A stretch of DNA of 64,000 nucleotides from the NCBI GenBank assembly GCA_963796965.1, contig CAWCNS010000004.1:320001-384000 (forward strand). The letters are read 5' to 3'. The stretch is from Calditrichia bacterium (GTDB lineage: Bacteria > Calditrichota > Calditrichia > JAJRVZ01). Below are positions 43,843 through 56,723 of the stretch, piece by piece (the first letter of the stretch is position 1; every line of letters starts with the position of its first letter). Below the pieces are notes generated by a model. That model made no database searches. It saw only the letters and a list, made by a program, of their open reading frames with translations, and had not been told where the DNA came from. A program made the position numbers and the translations under genes.

Positions 43843-45637
43843 ATGAAGATCATGATTGAAAGATTAAACTTTATTCTGAAGTTTATGCTAATGGGATTAT
43901 TACTATCCTGTTTTTCTTGCCAGAATATTTCAACAGATATCAAGCCTAATGTAATCTTGATCATGACGGATGATCAGGGTTACGGAGATTTTGGCATTAC
44001 CGGGAATCCCATTATTGAAACACCCAACCTGGATGCCATGGCCAAACGCAGTGCTCAGATGACGAATTATTATGTCAGTCCTGTTTGCGCTCCGACCCGT
44101 GCCTCGCTTATGACAGGCCGCTATAATTATCGTACCCGGGTGGTCGATACATTTTTAGGCCGGGCAATGATGGAAACCAAGGAAGTAACAGTAGCTGAGA
44201 TTCTTAGAGATGCCGGTTACTCCACGGGTATCTTTGGGAAATGGCATCTTGGGTGATAATTATCCCATGCGACCTCAGGACCAGGGATTCGAAGAAGTTC
44301 TTGTGCACCGGGGCGGGGGCATCGGTCAGGAGTCGGATCCCCCCGGTGGTGAGGGCAAATATACGGATCCGATTTTATTTCATAATGGCCGACAGGTTCA
44401 GGAAAGTGGCTATTGTACGGATATATATTTCACTCGTGCCATGGAATGGATAAAAAAAGAAACTGAAGCGAAAAAACCTTTTTTTGCCTATGTGGCCACA
44501 AATGCACCACATACACCTGTCCATGATGTCCCTGAGGCACTTTATCAGAAATATAAATCCATGAATTTGGCAAATGATCAATTTCCCCAGGAAAAGGGTC
44601 ATCCGCTTACAAACAAAGAGGATCTGGATCGGCGAGCGCGCATTTATGCCATGATCACTAATATTGATGATAATATAGGACGTATGTTCAAGGAACTTGA
44701 GCGTCAGGGATTGGCCCAAAACACATTGGTGATTTTTATGGTTGATAATGGTCCCAATGGACAACGCTATGTAGTGGGACACCGTGGTCATAAAACAACC
44801 GTCTATGAAGGTGGGATCAGATCACCGCTTTTTCTCCATTGGCCTGATCAATTAAATCCTGCCATGAGGTCGGATGAAGTGGTGGCCCATATTGATATTT
44901 TGCCTACCATCCTTGAGGCGTGTCAGGTAAGCCTGGATCCAAATCTAAAAATTGATGGGAGGAGCTTTCTTCAAATATTAATTGGTAGAGAAACGGAATG
45001 GGAAGACCGTGCGCTTGTACTACAATCTCATCGCGGTAATAAACCATTCGCTTATAACAATTTTGCTTTGAGAACAAAAATATGGAAACTCTTACATGCC
45101 AGTGGTTTTCACGGTGAATCCTTTGAGGGAGAACCTAAATTTGAGTTATATAATATGGTTGAAGATCCTCTGGAAATGAATAATCTGGCTGCTTCAGAAC
45201 CGAAGATCCTGAATCGATTAAAGAGTGACTATGATAAATGGTTTAAGGATGTAAGCAATACACGGATGGATAATTATACACCGCCTCGAATTCCCATCGG
45301 AACACCATATGAGAATCCAGTTGTTTTGACTAGGCAGGATTGGCAGCAGGTTTATGAAAATCCATGGTTGGTTCAAGCAACAGGTTACTGGCGTTTGGTT
45401 GCAGAGAAACAATCTGACTACACGATAACCGTACGTTTCCGTGGCAAAGAAAAGAATGGTTCGGTTTATTTAAAGATCGGTGAAAATGTATATCAACATC
45501 CTCTAATTAAGGGTCAGCAACAAGTCCTGTTTACTAATATTAAAATTGGCACAGGACCTGTTGATCTTCAGGCCTGGTTGCAGGTCTCTCAGAATAAAAA
45601 ATTCGGTTCGTGGCAGGTTGAGGTGAAGAAAAAATAG
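43843..45637 (+). CDS. Arylsulfatase (Cys-type, family S1), frameshifted near 44250
   Basis: [33 protein letters not shown]. Confidence 0.93.
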
Positions 45638-45673
45638 GTAGAAGGGTAGAAGGTAATAAGGAACATAAAAATA

Positions 45674-45727
45674 ACCTCCCCCTAATCCCCCTCCTTACTA
45701 AGGAGGGGGACAGAGGGGGTGGTAATT
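45674..45727. repeat. Family C REP-like hairpin (C2), inverted near-identical copy of C1
   Basis: acctccccctaatccccctccttactaaggagggggacagagggggtggtaatt. Confidence 0.9.
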
Positions 45728-45779
45728 AAATATATTGGAACTGAGAAAGAAATTATATATTTACCAAAAAGGACATATC

Positions 45780-47588
45780 ATGAATATTCAGGGCTTAAAA
45801 CTTTCAAATTTAATTATATCGATCATTCTTTTAATATCATGGTTTAGTTGCTACAATCAAACAACCCCCGAAAAAGAAATTGTCTTACGATTAGAACCAA
45901 GTCCGGAAAATCCCCGCAACAGCGAAGGAGATTTTATAAGACTAAAGGATGGAAAGATTTTATTTATATATACCCACTTCACTGGCGGTTCTGGTGATCA
46001 TGCGACGGCAAGTTTAGCCGGGAGAATTTCAAGTGATGAGGGTCGTACCTGGTCAGAGGATGATATTCATGTTTTATCTAATGAAGGAGATATGAACATC
46101 ATGTCAGTCTCCTTGATAAGAATGGCAGATGACCGTATCGCTCTATTTTACTTACGGAAAAATTCTGAAAGCGATTGTATGCCCTATATGCGATTATCAG
46201 ATGATGAGGCAAAATCCTGGAGTGAAGCAAAAAAGTGTTTTGAACCAATAGGATATTATGTTATGAATAATGACCGGGTTGTAATATTATCTGGTGGTCG
46301 GATTTTGCTTCCACTTGCCCTGCATAAAACCCCGGAAACTGAAACAATGGGTGGCGCCAAAATCATGTGTTATTATTCTGATGACAGTGGTCAGTCCTGG
46401 ATAAAGTCAAATCTTGTTCCCAATCCGAATGAGGTTGTATTACAAGAGCCGGGAATTGTTGAATTAAAAAATGGCGAATTGATGCTATTTTGTCGGACAA
46501 ATGCCGGTAGTCAGTTCATATCATATTCAAAGGATCAGGGATTATCCTGGTCTCCGGTGCAAGCCAGTGATATCAAGTCCCCCATGTCTCCTGCATCGAT
46601 TGAACGGATCCCTTCTACTGGTGATCTACTACTTCTCTGGAATAAAAACTATGAAGAAGGAAATCCCGATGGTGGAATACGAACGCCATATACACTTGCA
46701 GTCTCAAAAGATGAAGGCAAAACATGGGAAAAGACTAAATATGTGGAGAGCGATCCGCAGGGATGGTATTGTTATACAGCGATTGAATTCATTGAGGATG
46801 GGGTATTGCTTGGTCATTGTGCCGGGAACAGACGGCTGTATAATGGTTTAGAGACCACACAGATAACCCGGCTGAGTCTGGATTGGATTTACAGCGATCC
46901 AACACCAAATCCGGTTGTTATATCAGATAAAAATGGGATTATTGAATTGGGTAATTCTCTTGAAGAGGTGGATATTTACTATACCCTTGATTATAGTTCC
47001 CCGACCAAATCTTCAACCCGTTACACGCAACCTATCAAAGTGAAAAAGACAACAGCTTTATTGATGCAGGCGCATCATCCGGATTTGACACCGAGTGAGA
47101 TTGTTTCAGTGAGCATTGGTGTTGATGTCTTTCAGGATGTACCCGAACTTTCAGGAGAATTAAAAAAAGGGCTTAAATGTAATTATTATGAAGGAAGTGC
47201 CTTTGTTGTAAATGATATTAAAAAGTTAAAGCTGGTCAAAAAATCTGTGGCTTCTCAATTTTCTATAGATTCGAGGAAGGCTGAGGAAAATTTTGCATTT
47301 GAGTTCAATGGATTTATTCAAATCCCTGTTGAGGGAGTTTATACTTTTTATGTGTCTTCAAATGACGGTAGTCGTCTCTATTTAAACGGAGATGTTTTTG
47401 TCGAGAACGATGGACCTCATAGTGTTCGTGAAATGTCCAATGCCACGGCTTTGCGCAAGGGTTTTTATAAAATAAAAATATTGTACTTTCAAATGGGTGG
47501 TGGAATGGATTTGAAAGTTTCCTGGAAGGGACCGGGTTTTGAGAAACGAGAGATAGAAAGCGCTGCTTTATTTCATAGCATACCGTGA
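45780..47588 (+). CDS. Sialidase-family BNR lipoprotein with Fn3-associated and PA14 domains
   Basis: Asp boxes SSDEGRTW, SDDEAKSW, SDDSGQSW, SKDQGLSW, SKDEGKTW. IYYTLD..P. SNDGSRL...NDGPH. Confidence 0.85.
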   Translation: MNIQGLKLSNLIISIILLISWFSCYNQTTPEKEIVLRLEPSPENPRNSEGDFIRLKDGKILFIYTHFTGGSGDHATASLAGRISSDEGRTWSEDDIHVLSNEGDMNIMSVSLIRMADDRIALFYLRKNSESDCMPYMRLSDDEAKSWSEAKKCFEPIGYYVMNNDRVVILSGGRILLPLALHKTPETETMGGAKIMCYYSDDSGQSWIKSNLVPNPNEVVLQEPGIVELKNGELMLFCRTNAGSQFISYSKDQGLSWSPVQASDIKSPMSPASIERIPSTGDLLLLWNKNYEEGNPDGGIRTPYTLAVSKDEGKTWEKTKYVESDPQGWYCYTAIEFIEDGVLLGHCAGNRRLYNGLETTQITRLSLDWIYSDPTPNPVVISDKNGIIELGNSLEEVDIYYTLDYSSPTKSSTRYTQPIKVKKTTALLMQAHHPDLTPSEIVSVSIGVDVFQDVPELSGELKKGLKCNYYEGSAFVVNDIKKLKLVKKSVASQFSIDSRKAEENFAFEFNGFIQIPVEGVYTFYVSSNDGSRLYLNGDVFVENDGPHSVREMSNATALRKGFYKIKILYFQMGGGMDLKVSWKGPGFEKREIESAALFHSIP

Positions 47589-47662
47589 AAATAATGGCGC
47601 TTATATGTGATACATATATGCTCCTTCTCCGTTACAAATATTGTTTTCAGCTAAGATCCTGT

Positions 47663-47759
47663 TGTCATTCAGTCCCGGAACGGGATCGCGCTTTGGGAAA
47701 GGAATCTTCCATCGTGTTGAAACTGCATCCAAACGAAGGAATATCCTTTCAGGATGACA
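47663..47759. repeat. Family D TGTCAT...ATGACA palindromic element (D1)
   Basis: Inverted homolog of 51164-51255. Confidence 0.85.
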
Positions 47760-47807
47760 GATTCAGCATTGATCTTTGTCTGTCCAAATGTTCGTCAGGG
47801 TTGTTCC

Positions 47808-47940
47808 TTTCGCAGAGGCCAGAGACGCAAAGTTTTTTTAATTGATAAATATTAATAAGATTATACTGGATATAATCTTAAGTCTCTTTTTATATAAAGA
47901 TATATAAGTTTTTTTCTGCGTCTTGGCGTCTCTGCGAGAG
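47808..47940. repeat. Family A palindromic element
   Basis: tcgcagaggccagagacgcaaag ... tctgcgtcttggcgtctctgcgag. Confidence 0.85.
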
Positions 47941-47993
47941 ATTTTTATAAATAAATTAAGTTAATTTTCTTCGATGAGATAGAGGGATTCTCA

Positions 47994-50985
47994 GTGAGTC
48001 TTCTACGAAATAGTTTTATATTGATTGTTATCCTGTTAATGGAGATACTGCCACAACCAGGACGGGCACAGGAAAATAGTGAACTGGTTGTGCTCAAAGG
48101 CAATGGGGAAGTGGAAGCGATCTTTGAGGTATCTGGTGGTAGCTGCAAATGGATTGCCTACCAGGAAGTCGATTCAGGAAAACGCTGGAAGATAAGTGGT
48201 CCTTATTTTAACCTCTTGACATTTGAGGGGAAGTATTTTGATCTGAACGATAACGGAAAGGTGCGAATTACAAGGGATTCCACAGAGATCAGAATTGAAA
48301 CAGAAATATTATCACCCTCTTTGACAGTCAGACAAATCTATTCTTTTGGTAAGGATGACAGAACACTTCGTATACAGACGTCTCTTCGTTCAAGAGGTGA
48401 TTCCCTGTCGATTAAAAAAATTGGACTACTTGAGATTGTTGTCTCTGGAGAAAAACTACATCTGACAGGTCCAAACTATGTTTCCTTTCCCATCTTTGGT
48501 GAGCGGGTTTTTGCCGGTCTTGAACATCCTTCTGCACTATGTCAGGTGCAGGATGACACACTCTCCATCTCTCAACCCTTAAATAAAATAATAAATGAAG
48601 ACTGGGTTGATCTTCCGGCAGCGGTCTTTGGTTCTGCATCAGATAGGGATTTCCTAAGAGCAGGTGAAGAGGCCCTCAGACAATCATTTATCAGATATCT
48701 GGAGACAATTCGTATTATTCCGGACGATATGCACATTCACTATAATGACTGGTGGACAGCGCCGCAACCTTCATCGGAGGCCTTTGTTCTCTCAAATATT
48801 AATACATTAAAGAAAGATCTCTTTGAGAATACCGGGTTTTTCTTTGATTCCTATGCTCTGGATGAAGGCTGGGCTGATCGTCACTCTGTTTGGGAAATAA
48901 ATAAAAATGATTTCCCTAATGGCTTTAAAAATATTCGTGAGAGGCTGGATCTTCTTGGAAGCAGGCCGGGTCTTTGGATCTCGCCAAGTAGTCTTTACCC
49001 CCACTCCCTGGATAATCAATGGCTTTCAGCGCATGGCTATGAGGTCACGCCCCACAAAACAAAAGGATTGAACGCTTGTCTTGCTCGCGGCGGGAAGTAT
49101 CAGGTTTCTTTTAAAAGAATAATCCAAAAACATGTCCGTGATGGCAATTTGGCGCACGTGAAGTTTGATGGTTTTGTCCCCTCGTGTGATGTCCCAACGC
49201 ACGGGCATCCGGCGGGTTTAGAGTCCTATCTTCCTATTGCAGAAGGTCTGAAGGAAGTCTTTGACAGTCTACGTGAGATTGATCCTAATATAGCATTAGA
49301 ACCAACCTGTTTTGGCTATCAGGCCAGCCCATGGTGGCTAATGCATGTCCCTTTTATTATTGGCCCCTTTGGTGATGACAGCCCAAAGGGACGCTCTCCG
49401 AGTCCGGACTGGATAGAGTCTATGACCACAGCCCGGGATATCAGAAATCTTCAAGGCCGGGATGCTTTTCTAATGCCCAGTTCAGCACTTCAATGTTTTG
49501 ATATTGTTGTGCAGTCTCCCGGGGCATTTCAAAATCATGCGTGTGATGGCAATTGGTCGGGGTCGTTGGTTTATGTCCTGTTATATCAATCCTGTCTATA
49601 TGGATAAGAAAGAATGGCAGTTCTTTGCTGACCTGGTAACCTGGGCAAGACACAATCGTAAATCTCTCATTGAACCCATACCGATTGGAGGAAATCCGGA
49701 AGCGCGTAAGGCTTATGGTTATGCTTTTCGGGGTATATCAAAAGAATTGCTCTGTTTAAGAAATCCCTGGATGGAAGAAACAACAATACGCCTCCCGGCT
49801 TCACCTGATAACACGTCTCCCCGGGAAATCCGAGCCCTATACCCAAGACGGCAAATACTGGCTAAAATAAACGCCGGTGAGTCAAATCCCCCCGTACATT
49901 TAGGTCCATATGAGACTAAATTTGTTGAAATTGTTACCATTGATCAGCAGCAATTGACAGAAATTGTATTCCCAACGAAAAAAGATCAGATATCCGTAAT
50001 ATGGAGTCCTAAGTACAACCCATTTGTTCAGCCTTTCGTCATTAAATCTGAGGAGAAACCATTTGGTCCCTCTTGGTCATGTCCGGATGGTGATACAAAA
50101 GAGATTCGAATATTTAAACTTGAAGGGGATCTTGATATAAAAGGGGCGATAAAAAGTGAACTGTATATTCTATGTGAGGGAAAATCAATTCAGTCAGCCT
50201 TTCCGCAGATTGAATTGCTTATTGATGGTAATAAAAGTCCATGTAAAGTTTCAAGATCGGTAGGGGCTTTTTCTGCTGGTGGTTATACCGATGAAGACTG
50301 GGTATGGTTTTCAACTCCATTCCCCGCTGGGAAACATCATGTGGTCGCTAAGGTAAAGGCTTTCACGCAATCTACAAATTTTGGCGCATTTCTATACGGA
50401 ACGACAAATGCTCCCGCCGTCGTTCCGCCATTTGAATCTGGACCGACCTTTCCAGTGTATCAGGAGGATTTTATTCCATGGTCCTACACTATCGCTTCCG
50501 GGATTGGCAAGGAAATTAATATTTTAGCACCACTTCCAGTTGATCGCACCATTGAACATATCGATGGAATTTATCTGGACATGATGGACTGGATAGACGC
50601 TTCGGTTGGGTGGAGAAAAATCCAACTTAATAAGAGCATAAAAGGGCAAACTATGACCATGGGCGGCCGGATGTATCACCGGGGCATCGGAACTCATGCT
50701 TATTCACAAATTCGATACAAGCGACCGGAAAGTCATGATATATTTGCAGCAACCATCGGCTGTGACCAGAAGGCTCTTGTTGGATCGGTCGTGTTTGTCA
50801 TTGAGGGTGACGGAAAGGAATTATACCGAAGCCCCGTTTTCATGGCAGATAGTATTCCGATGGATATTCGGGTTCCAATTGGTGGAACAAATGAGATCGC
50901 TTTAATCTTGGAGGATGGAGGGGATCGAATAAATGCTGATCATGGCAATTGGGCCAATGCCCGGTTCTTGAAGTTAGGTGAGTAA
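47994..50985 (+). CDS. GH36/alpha-galactosidase-like TIM-barrel protein with C-terminal NPCBM/NEW2 domain, frameshifted near 49540
   Basis: HYNDWW, ALDEGW, PGLWISP, HVKFDG. C-terminal RGIGTHA, FAATIG, DHGNWANAR. Confidence 0.75.
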
Positions 50986-51163
50986 TTTGTTATGCTGATC
51001 CATGTCTGCAGTAGCTCTTTGAACATGCAAATTATTTTAGTATCACGAAGCGACACGAAGATACCCGAAGTTAATTTATATAGATAATAGACAATAAAAA
51101 TTTAATTACAAGGAAATGCTATTATATCAAAAAATATTTTTAACCACCTGGAAAACCAACAAA

Positions 51164-51255
51164 TGTCATCCTGAAAGGATCTTCCTTCGTATAGGATTTT
51201 GCTTTCAAAATGGAAGATTCCTATCCAAGGGATCCCGTTCCGGGACGGAATGACA
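51164..51255. repeat. Family D element (D2)
   Basis: tgtcatcctgaaaggatcttccttcgt...gggatcccgttccgggacggaatgaca. Confidence 0.85.
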
Positions 51256-51314
51256 TAGAATGTTTTTTAACTACTATAGCAGTGATGATGTTTTATCCAC
51301 GAAGGAAAATAAAA

Positions 51315-52799
51315 ATGAAAAAAGTTAGACCTGTTATTGACGGAAAAGAAGTAATTCCTGAGGGTGCTGATCTTTTTGACGTAATCAATCCAACTAACGG
51401 AGAAGTGATTGCTCAGGAAGTATGCTGTGATGCCAGTTTTGTTGATCAGATTGTCGCTTCCAGTAAGCAGGCCTCCAACTCTTCGGAGTGGCAGAATATG
51501 GCTCCTGCTGATAGAGGAAATAAATTGCTTCAGGTAGCTGATTTAATTGAAAAGCAATCTGAAGAACTAATCGCTCTTGAACTACAAGACACGGGAAAAC
51601 CGCTTTCACAACTTAGAAATGGTGAGATCCCTTTATCCGCTTCCATTATTCGTTTCTATGCAGGTGCAGCAGATAAAATTGAGGGTCGGGTTAAGTCCAC
51701 ATCAGGTGGTGCCTTTCATTTTACAACCTATGAACCCTATGGCGTGGTTGCCGGGATCTTGCCCTGGAATTATCCCCTGGTAAATGTTGTCATGAAGGTT
51801 GCGCCTGCTTTGGCTGCCGGTAATGCGATTATTATAAAGCCATCCGAAGAAACTCCTTTGTCATGTGTGGCCTTTGCCAAATTGTGCATTGAAGCAGGAA
51901 TACCGCCTGGAATTGTAAATGTGGCCTTGGGACCGGGATCCACTACCGGGCATTATCTGGTTGAACATCCGGATGTATCAAAAATATCATTTACTGGTTC
52001 AACCTCGGTCGGACAACAGATCCAGAAACAGGCCGCTGAGCAAATGAAATTCGTAAATCTGGAATTGGGTGGTAAAAACGCCATCATAGTTTTTTCAGAT
52101 GCCGATCTGGAAAAAGCAGCAGATGCGGCTATTATCAGTGCCTTTGTTAATGCCGGTCAATTATGTGTCTCTTGTTCTCGGCTATTGTTAGAGAAATCAA
52201 TATCAGCGAGAATTTGAATCTCAATCCTGCAGAGGAAAAATTAAAAAAAGTGAAAGTAGGGGATCCGGCAGATACTGATACATTGATTGGTCCCATGATA
52301 ACCCGGTCGCAATTTGATAAAGCGCTTGAATATATTGAAAAAGCCCCATCAGAAGGTTGTCAAGTACTGGTCGGGGGGAATAAACTCGGATATGTCCGGA
52401 GCATTCTGAGAAGGGTTATGGCTGGAACCAACTGTTTTAAGCGGTGTTCAGCCTGAAATGAAAGTGGCTAATGATGAGATTTTTGGCCCTGTATTGAGTA
52501 TTATTACATTTAAGGATGAAGCGGATGCCATACATATTTCTAATGATGTCATGTATGGTTTGTCGGGATCGGTATGGACCAAAAACGGAGCCCGGGCAAT
52601 GCGTATGATCAAGGCATTACATACAGGTATAATCTGGGTGAATTGTATGTTAAATGGATATCCTCAAATCCCTGTTCCACCGCATAAAATGAGCGGGACA
52701 GGTGTGGAACTTGGTATTGAAGGATTAATGACTTATTGTAAACAAAAAAGCGCCGTAATGGCCTATGATGATCAGGAACCGGTTGGATGGAATTTGTAA
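51315..52799 (+). CDS. Aldehyde dehydrogenase with several frameshifts
   Basis: ILPWNYP, KPSE, FTGST, LELGGK, NAGQLC, EIFGPV, YGLSGSVWT spread across three or four ORF pieces. Confidence 0.9.
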
Positions 52800-53894
52800 T
52801 GAATTACAAAAAGTTACTGCAAGAATTTAAAGGCAAATCAGTTACCGAGTTGCCCACGCCATCGATTGTTGCAGATATTAGTGCAATAGATACAAATCTA
52901 AAAAAAATGGATGATTTCTTTTCCGGGGCGGGATGCAAATTGCGTCCTCATTTCAAATCTCACAAATGTGTGACCCTTGCTAAACGGCAAATGAGCCATG
53001 ATAATACTGTTGGTATCACCTGCGCCAAACTTTCCGAGGCTGAGCAATTAGTGGCCGGAGGAATAAAGGATATTCTTATCGCTAATCAGGTTATTGGCAT
53101 GGATAAAACAAACCGCATCGCAAAAATGAATCATAAAGCGATTGTCCGTGTTGCAGTCGATTCAAAACTGGGAATCGACCAACTTAATACCGCTGCCCAA
53201 AATGCAGGTGTATGTATTGGGGTATTAATAGAAGTAGATATCGGAATGAACCGGGGAGGTGTTCAAGCGGATAAATCTGTCATGGATTTAGCTGAATTTA
53301 TCTCATCTAAAAAAGGATTGTGTTTTGAGGGTCTGCAAAGTTACGAAGGACATATTGTGACATTACCCGATTATGACGAACGTAAAAAGCGGGTTGAAGA
53401 AGATATACGCCCTTTACTGGAAACCAGAAAATTACTTGAGCAAAAAGGATATTCGGTTATCATATCATCTGGGGGAACCGGAACCTATGATATTACCGGG
53501 AATCTAGCGGGGATCGATGAACTTCAGTGTGGCAGTTATGTGCTGATGGATTCTGTTTATAAAAAGATACGCCCGGAATTTTTAAACTGCCAGGTATATC
53601 CTTACTACTATTATTTCAAAGCGCGATGATGTCATTTCAACGGATGTGGGAATAAAGGGTATGGGTGTTGAATATGGCGTTCCGGAGGTCATGGGACATC
53701 CTAATATAGAAAATCTTTATGTGGCCGAAGAGCATACCGTATTCAAAAACAGTGACTTTAATATTGGCGACAAAATTAAGATCATTCCTCCACATGGCTG
53801 TACGACAAACAATCTCTATTCACACATGTGGATTTCGCGGGATGGCCAGATTGAAGATCTCTGGGCAATTGAAGGGCGTGGATGTTTGGAATAG
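52799..53894 (+). CDS. DSD1/D-threonine-aldolase family PLP enzyme, frameshifted
   Basis: LRPHFKSHK, CAKLSEAE, EVDIGMNRGG, SGGTGTY, EEH, PPHGCTTNNL. ATG overlaps the ALDH stop (TAATG). Confidence 0.88.
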
Positions 53895-53934
53895 AATTAG
53901 TATTCAAGCCCACCAAATTTGATAACGAAATACA

Positions 53935-55086
53935 ATGAATAAATTGATTAGCTTAATCACTACAAAAACAAGAAATATTGGATTAGAAAATGGTTGTATT
54001 TTCCGGCCCAAAATATTTCTTATTTCATTTCTCGCTTTTCTCTTTGGTATTGCTTTTATCCCCTTACCTTCATTTGCCCAGCAACATATCACCCATACAA
54101 AACTACTCGAATATTATAGTGAAGATGGAAGAGTGGAGCCTGTTTTATCCCCGGAAGATTGGAAGAAAAGGCGCAAACAGATCCTTGAGGGAATGCAGTT
54201 AGCAATGGGCCATCTTCCAGATAGGCATGATCTTGTTGATCTGGATGTAAAAATCATAGATGAAATAAAAGGCAAGGGATTTGTACGTCAATCGATTACT
54301 TTTAGCGGAGAGTTGGGAGACCGAATACCAGCATTATTATATATACCCACGAATATTCTAAAAGATAAAAAATATCCAGGCATGTTGGCATTACACCCCA
54401 CGGGGTCGTTGGGAAAACGGATTGTTGCCGGAGAAGGCCCACTTGACAACCGACAGTATGGTTTGGAATTGGCACAACGGGGGTATGTAGTAATATGCCC
54501 GGATTATCCCTCGTTCGGTGATTATGATTATGACTTTGAGAAAGATGCATATGTTTCCGGAACAATGAAAGGAATATTCAATCACATGCGATGTGTAGAT
54601 CTATTAGAATCGCTTGAGTACTTGGATCCGGAAAAAATTGGAGTTATCGGTCATTCATTGGGTGGACATAATGCCATGTTTGTCGCTGTATTTGATCAAC
54701 GATTAAAAGTCATTATTTCAAGCTGTGGCTGGACACCTTTTCATGATTATTATGAAGGAAATATAAAAGGTTGGACCAGCCTACGCTATATGCCCCGGCT
54801 AAATGATGTGTACCATCTCGATCCGGATTCTGTCCCCTTCGATTTTTATGAAGTAGTTGCGGCTTTGGCTCCACGGCCTTTTTTTTCAAACTCACCTTTA
54901 TATGATGATAACTTTTCTGTGGAGGGGGTAAAAAAAGGAATATCAGAAGCGAAAAAAGTTTATCGCTTACTCAAAGCCGAGGAGAATATCCAGGTACGGT
55001 ATCCGGATTGTGAACATGATTTCCCGACAAAAATCAGGCAGCAAGCATATGAATTCCTTGATGCTGCATTTAATCATTCCCATTAA
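53935..55086 (+). CDS. Alpha/beta hydrolase (dienelactone hydrolase/esterase-like)
   Basis: GHSLGG nucleophile motif, LAPRPF, EHDF. Confidence 0.85.
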   Translation: MNKLISLITTKTRNIGLENGCIFRPKIFLISFLAFLFGIAFIPLPSFAQQHITHTKLLEYYSEDGRVEPVLSPEDWKKRRKQILEGMQLAMGHLPDRHDLVDLDVKIIDEIKGKGFVRQSITFSGELGDRIPALLYIPTNILKDKKYPGMLALHPTGSLGKRIVAGEGPLDNRQYGLELAQRGYVVICPDYPSFGDYDYDFEKDAYVSGTMKGIFNHMRCVDLLESLEYLDPEKIGVIGHSLGGHNAMFVAVFDQRLKVIISSCGWTPFHDYYEGNIKGWTSLRYMPRLNDVYHLDPDSVPFDFYEVVAALAPRPFFSNSPLYDDNFSVEGVKKGISEAKKVYRLLKAEENIQVRYPDCEHDFPTKIRQQAYEFLDAAFNHSH

Positions 55087-55087
55087 A

Positions 55088-55267
55088 TAACCTGAATAAT
55101 TTATCTCTCGCTAAGACGCCAAGGCGCAAAGATTTATTTTTAAATAAGTTATGAAGATAATTTTAATGAAATCAATAAATAAAATTCCTATATTTAAAAT
55201 CCTCTAAATAATTATTTCTTTGCGTCTTAGCGCCTTTGCGTGAGGAATTTATGAATAAACCAAGATA
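55088..55267. repeat. Family A palindromic element, inverse of 10705-10878
   Basis: ctcgctaagacgccaaggcgcaaaga ... tctttgcgtcttagcgcctttgcgtgag. Confidence 0.9.
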
Positions 55268-55286
55268 ATATGAAGGCTGGGAAAAT

Positions 55287-55739
55287 ATGGCAAAATATAT
55301 TGAACTTGAATTTGTAGAACAAAAGATTAATGCACGGGCGAGGCTATTAGATGAAGAAATGCCCAGAACTTGTGAAGAACTTCTTAAACATTTACCTCAG
55401 GAGGCTGATGCAACACATGCACGCTATTCGGGAAGTGAGGTTGCGATGTTGCTCTCTACAGATATTAAAATTGGACGGGAAAAAGCGACGTGTGCTGTCC
55501 AAACAGGAGATGTCGCTTATGTCTGGCTTAACCAAGATGACCATTATGGGTTAGATGATGACGTCTCTGAAATTTGCTGGTTCTATGACCGTGATAGCCG
55601 TCCAAGTATGGCGGAAGGTCCCGTTTTAGTAAATATCTTTGCCCGCATAGAAGGAGATGCAACGGAATTTTACCGCGCTTCTGCCGATACAAGGATTACA
55701 GGTGTAAAAAAAGTAAGAATAAAGTTAGTAGAAGAATAA
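55287..55739 (+). CDS. DUF3830-like (cyclophilin-fold) protein
   Basis: ARLLDEEMPRTC, HARYSGSEV, EICWFYDR, VNIFARI. Confidence 0.7.
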   Translation: MAKYIELEFVEQKINARARLLDEEMPRTCEELLKHLPQEADATHARYSGSEVAMLLSTDIKIGREKATCAVQTGDVAYVWLNQDDHYGLDDDVSEICWFYDRDSRPSMAEGPVLVNIFARIEGDATEFYRASADTRITGVKKVRIKLVEE

Positions 55740-55753
55740 TCAGGAGAACTGCG

Positions 55754-56714
55754 ATGAATGATGATCAGGGAAAAAATGAAATTAGAACGGTAGGTGTAGT
55801 TGGACTTGGCTTGATGGGTCAGGGAATAAGCAGTTGTCTTATCAGTAATGGATTTAAGGTCATTGCTTATAGCAGAACGGCAACCCGAGAGGGAGAAACA
55901 AAAAAGCATATTGCGTTGAGTCTGAAGAAGCTTATTGAACGGGAAGTGATTCCTGGTAGGAATGCCGAAGGATGGGAAAAATGTTTCCAATATGTCAATG
56001 ATCTTAAAGAGTTAAAAGAATGTCCATTTATCATAGAGACAGTTGGTGAGGATCTTGAATTAAAAGGAAATATTTATAAAACTCTTGAAGCAGTGGTATC
56101 AGAAAGTGCCATAATTGCTTCCAATACTTCCGGTATGTCAATCTCTCTTCTGCAAGAGCAATTGAATATCAGAGAAAGATTCTTGGGAATGCATTGGGCT
56201 GAACCAGCTGAAATAACCCGATTTCTCGAGATTGCTCCCGGAAAGCAAACCGGAACCAGGGCGATTCAGATAACCAATGAAATTGGCCAGCGTTGCGGCA
56301 AAGAACCAACTATCCTCAATTTTGAACTACCCGGTTTAATATCCAACCGATTGATGTATGCGATGATGCGTGAGGCTCTGAATTTGGTGGAAACGGGTGT
56401 TGCAGATATTGAAATGATAGACCGATCCTTCAGGAATGACATCGGCTGGTGGGCAACGATTTGCGGTCCCTTCCGTTGGATGGATTTAACCGGGATTACC
56501 AATTTATGCAAAAGTAATGGAGGGATTGTTTCCAGATCTTTCAAATTCTACGGAAGTCCCACAAGTGATGCGCGAAAAAGCTGAAAACGGAACTAAATTT
56601 TACGACTATCCACCGGGAAAAGAAAAAGCATGGGAAGATGTTTGGACAGAGTTTACACATGATATACGAGAGATTGTAGATAAATATGAGAAAAAGATAA
56701 AACTTTCAGAATAG
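55754..56714 (+). CDS. 3-hydroxyacyl-CoA dehydrogenase family protein, frameshifted near 56500
   Basis: GLGLMGQG, ASNTSG, GMHW, PGLISNRL, GPFRWMDLTG. Confidence 0.88.
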
Positions 56715-56723
56715 GTGTCTAAT

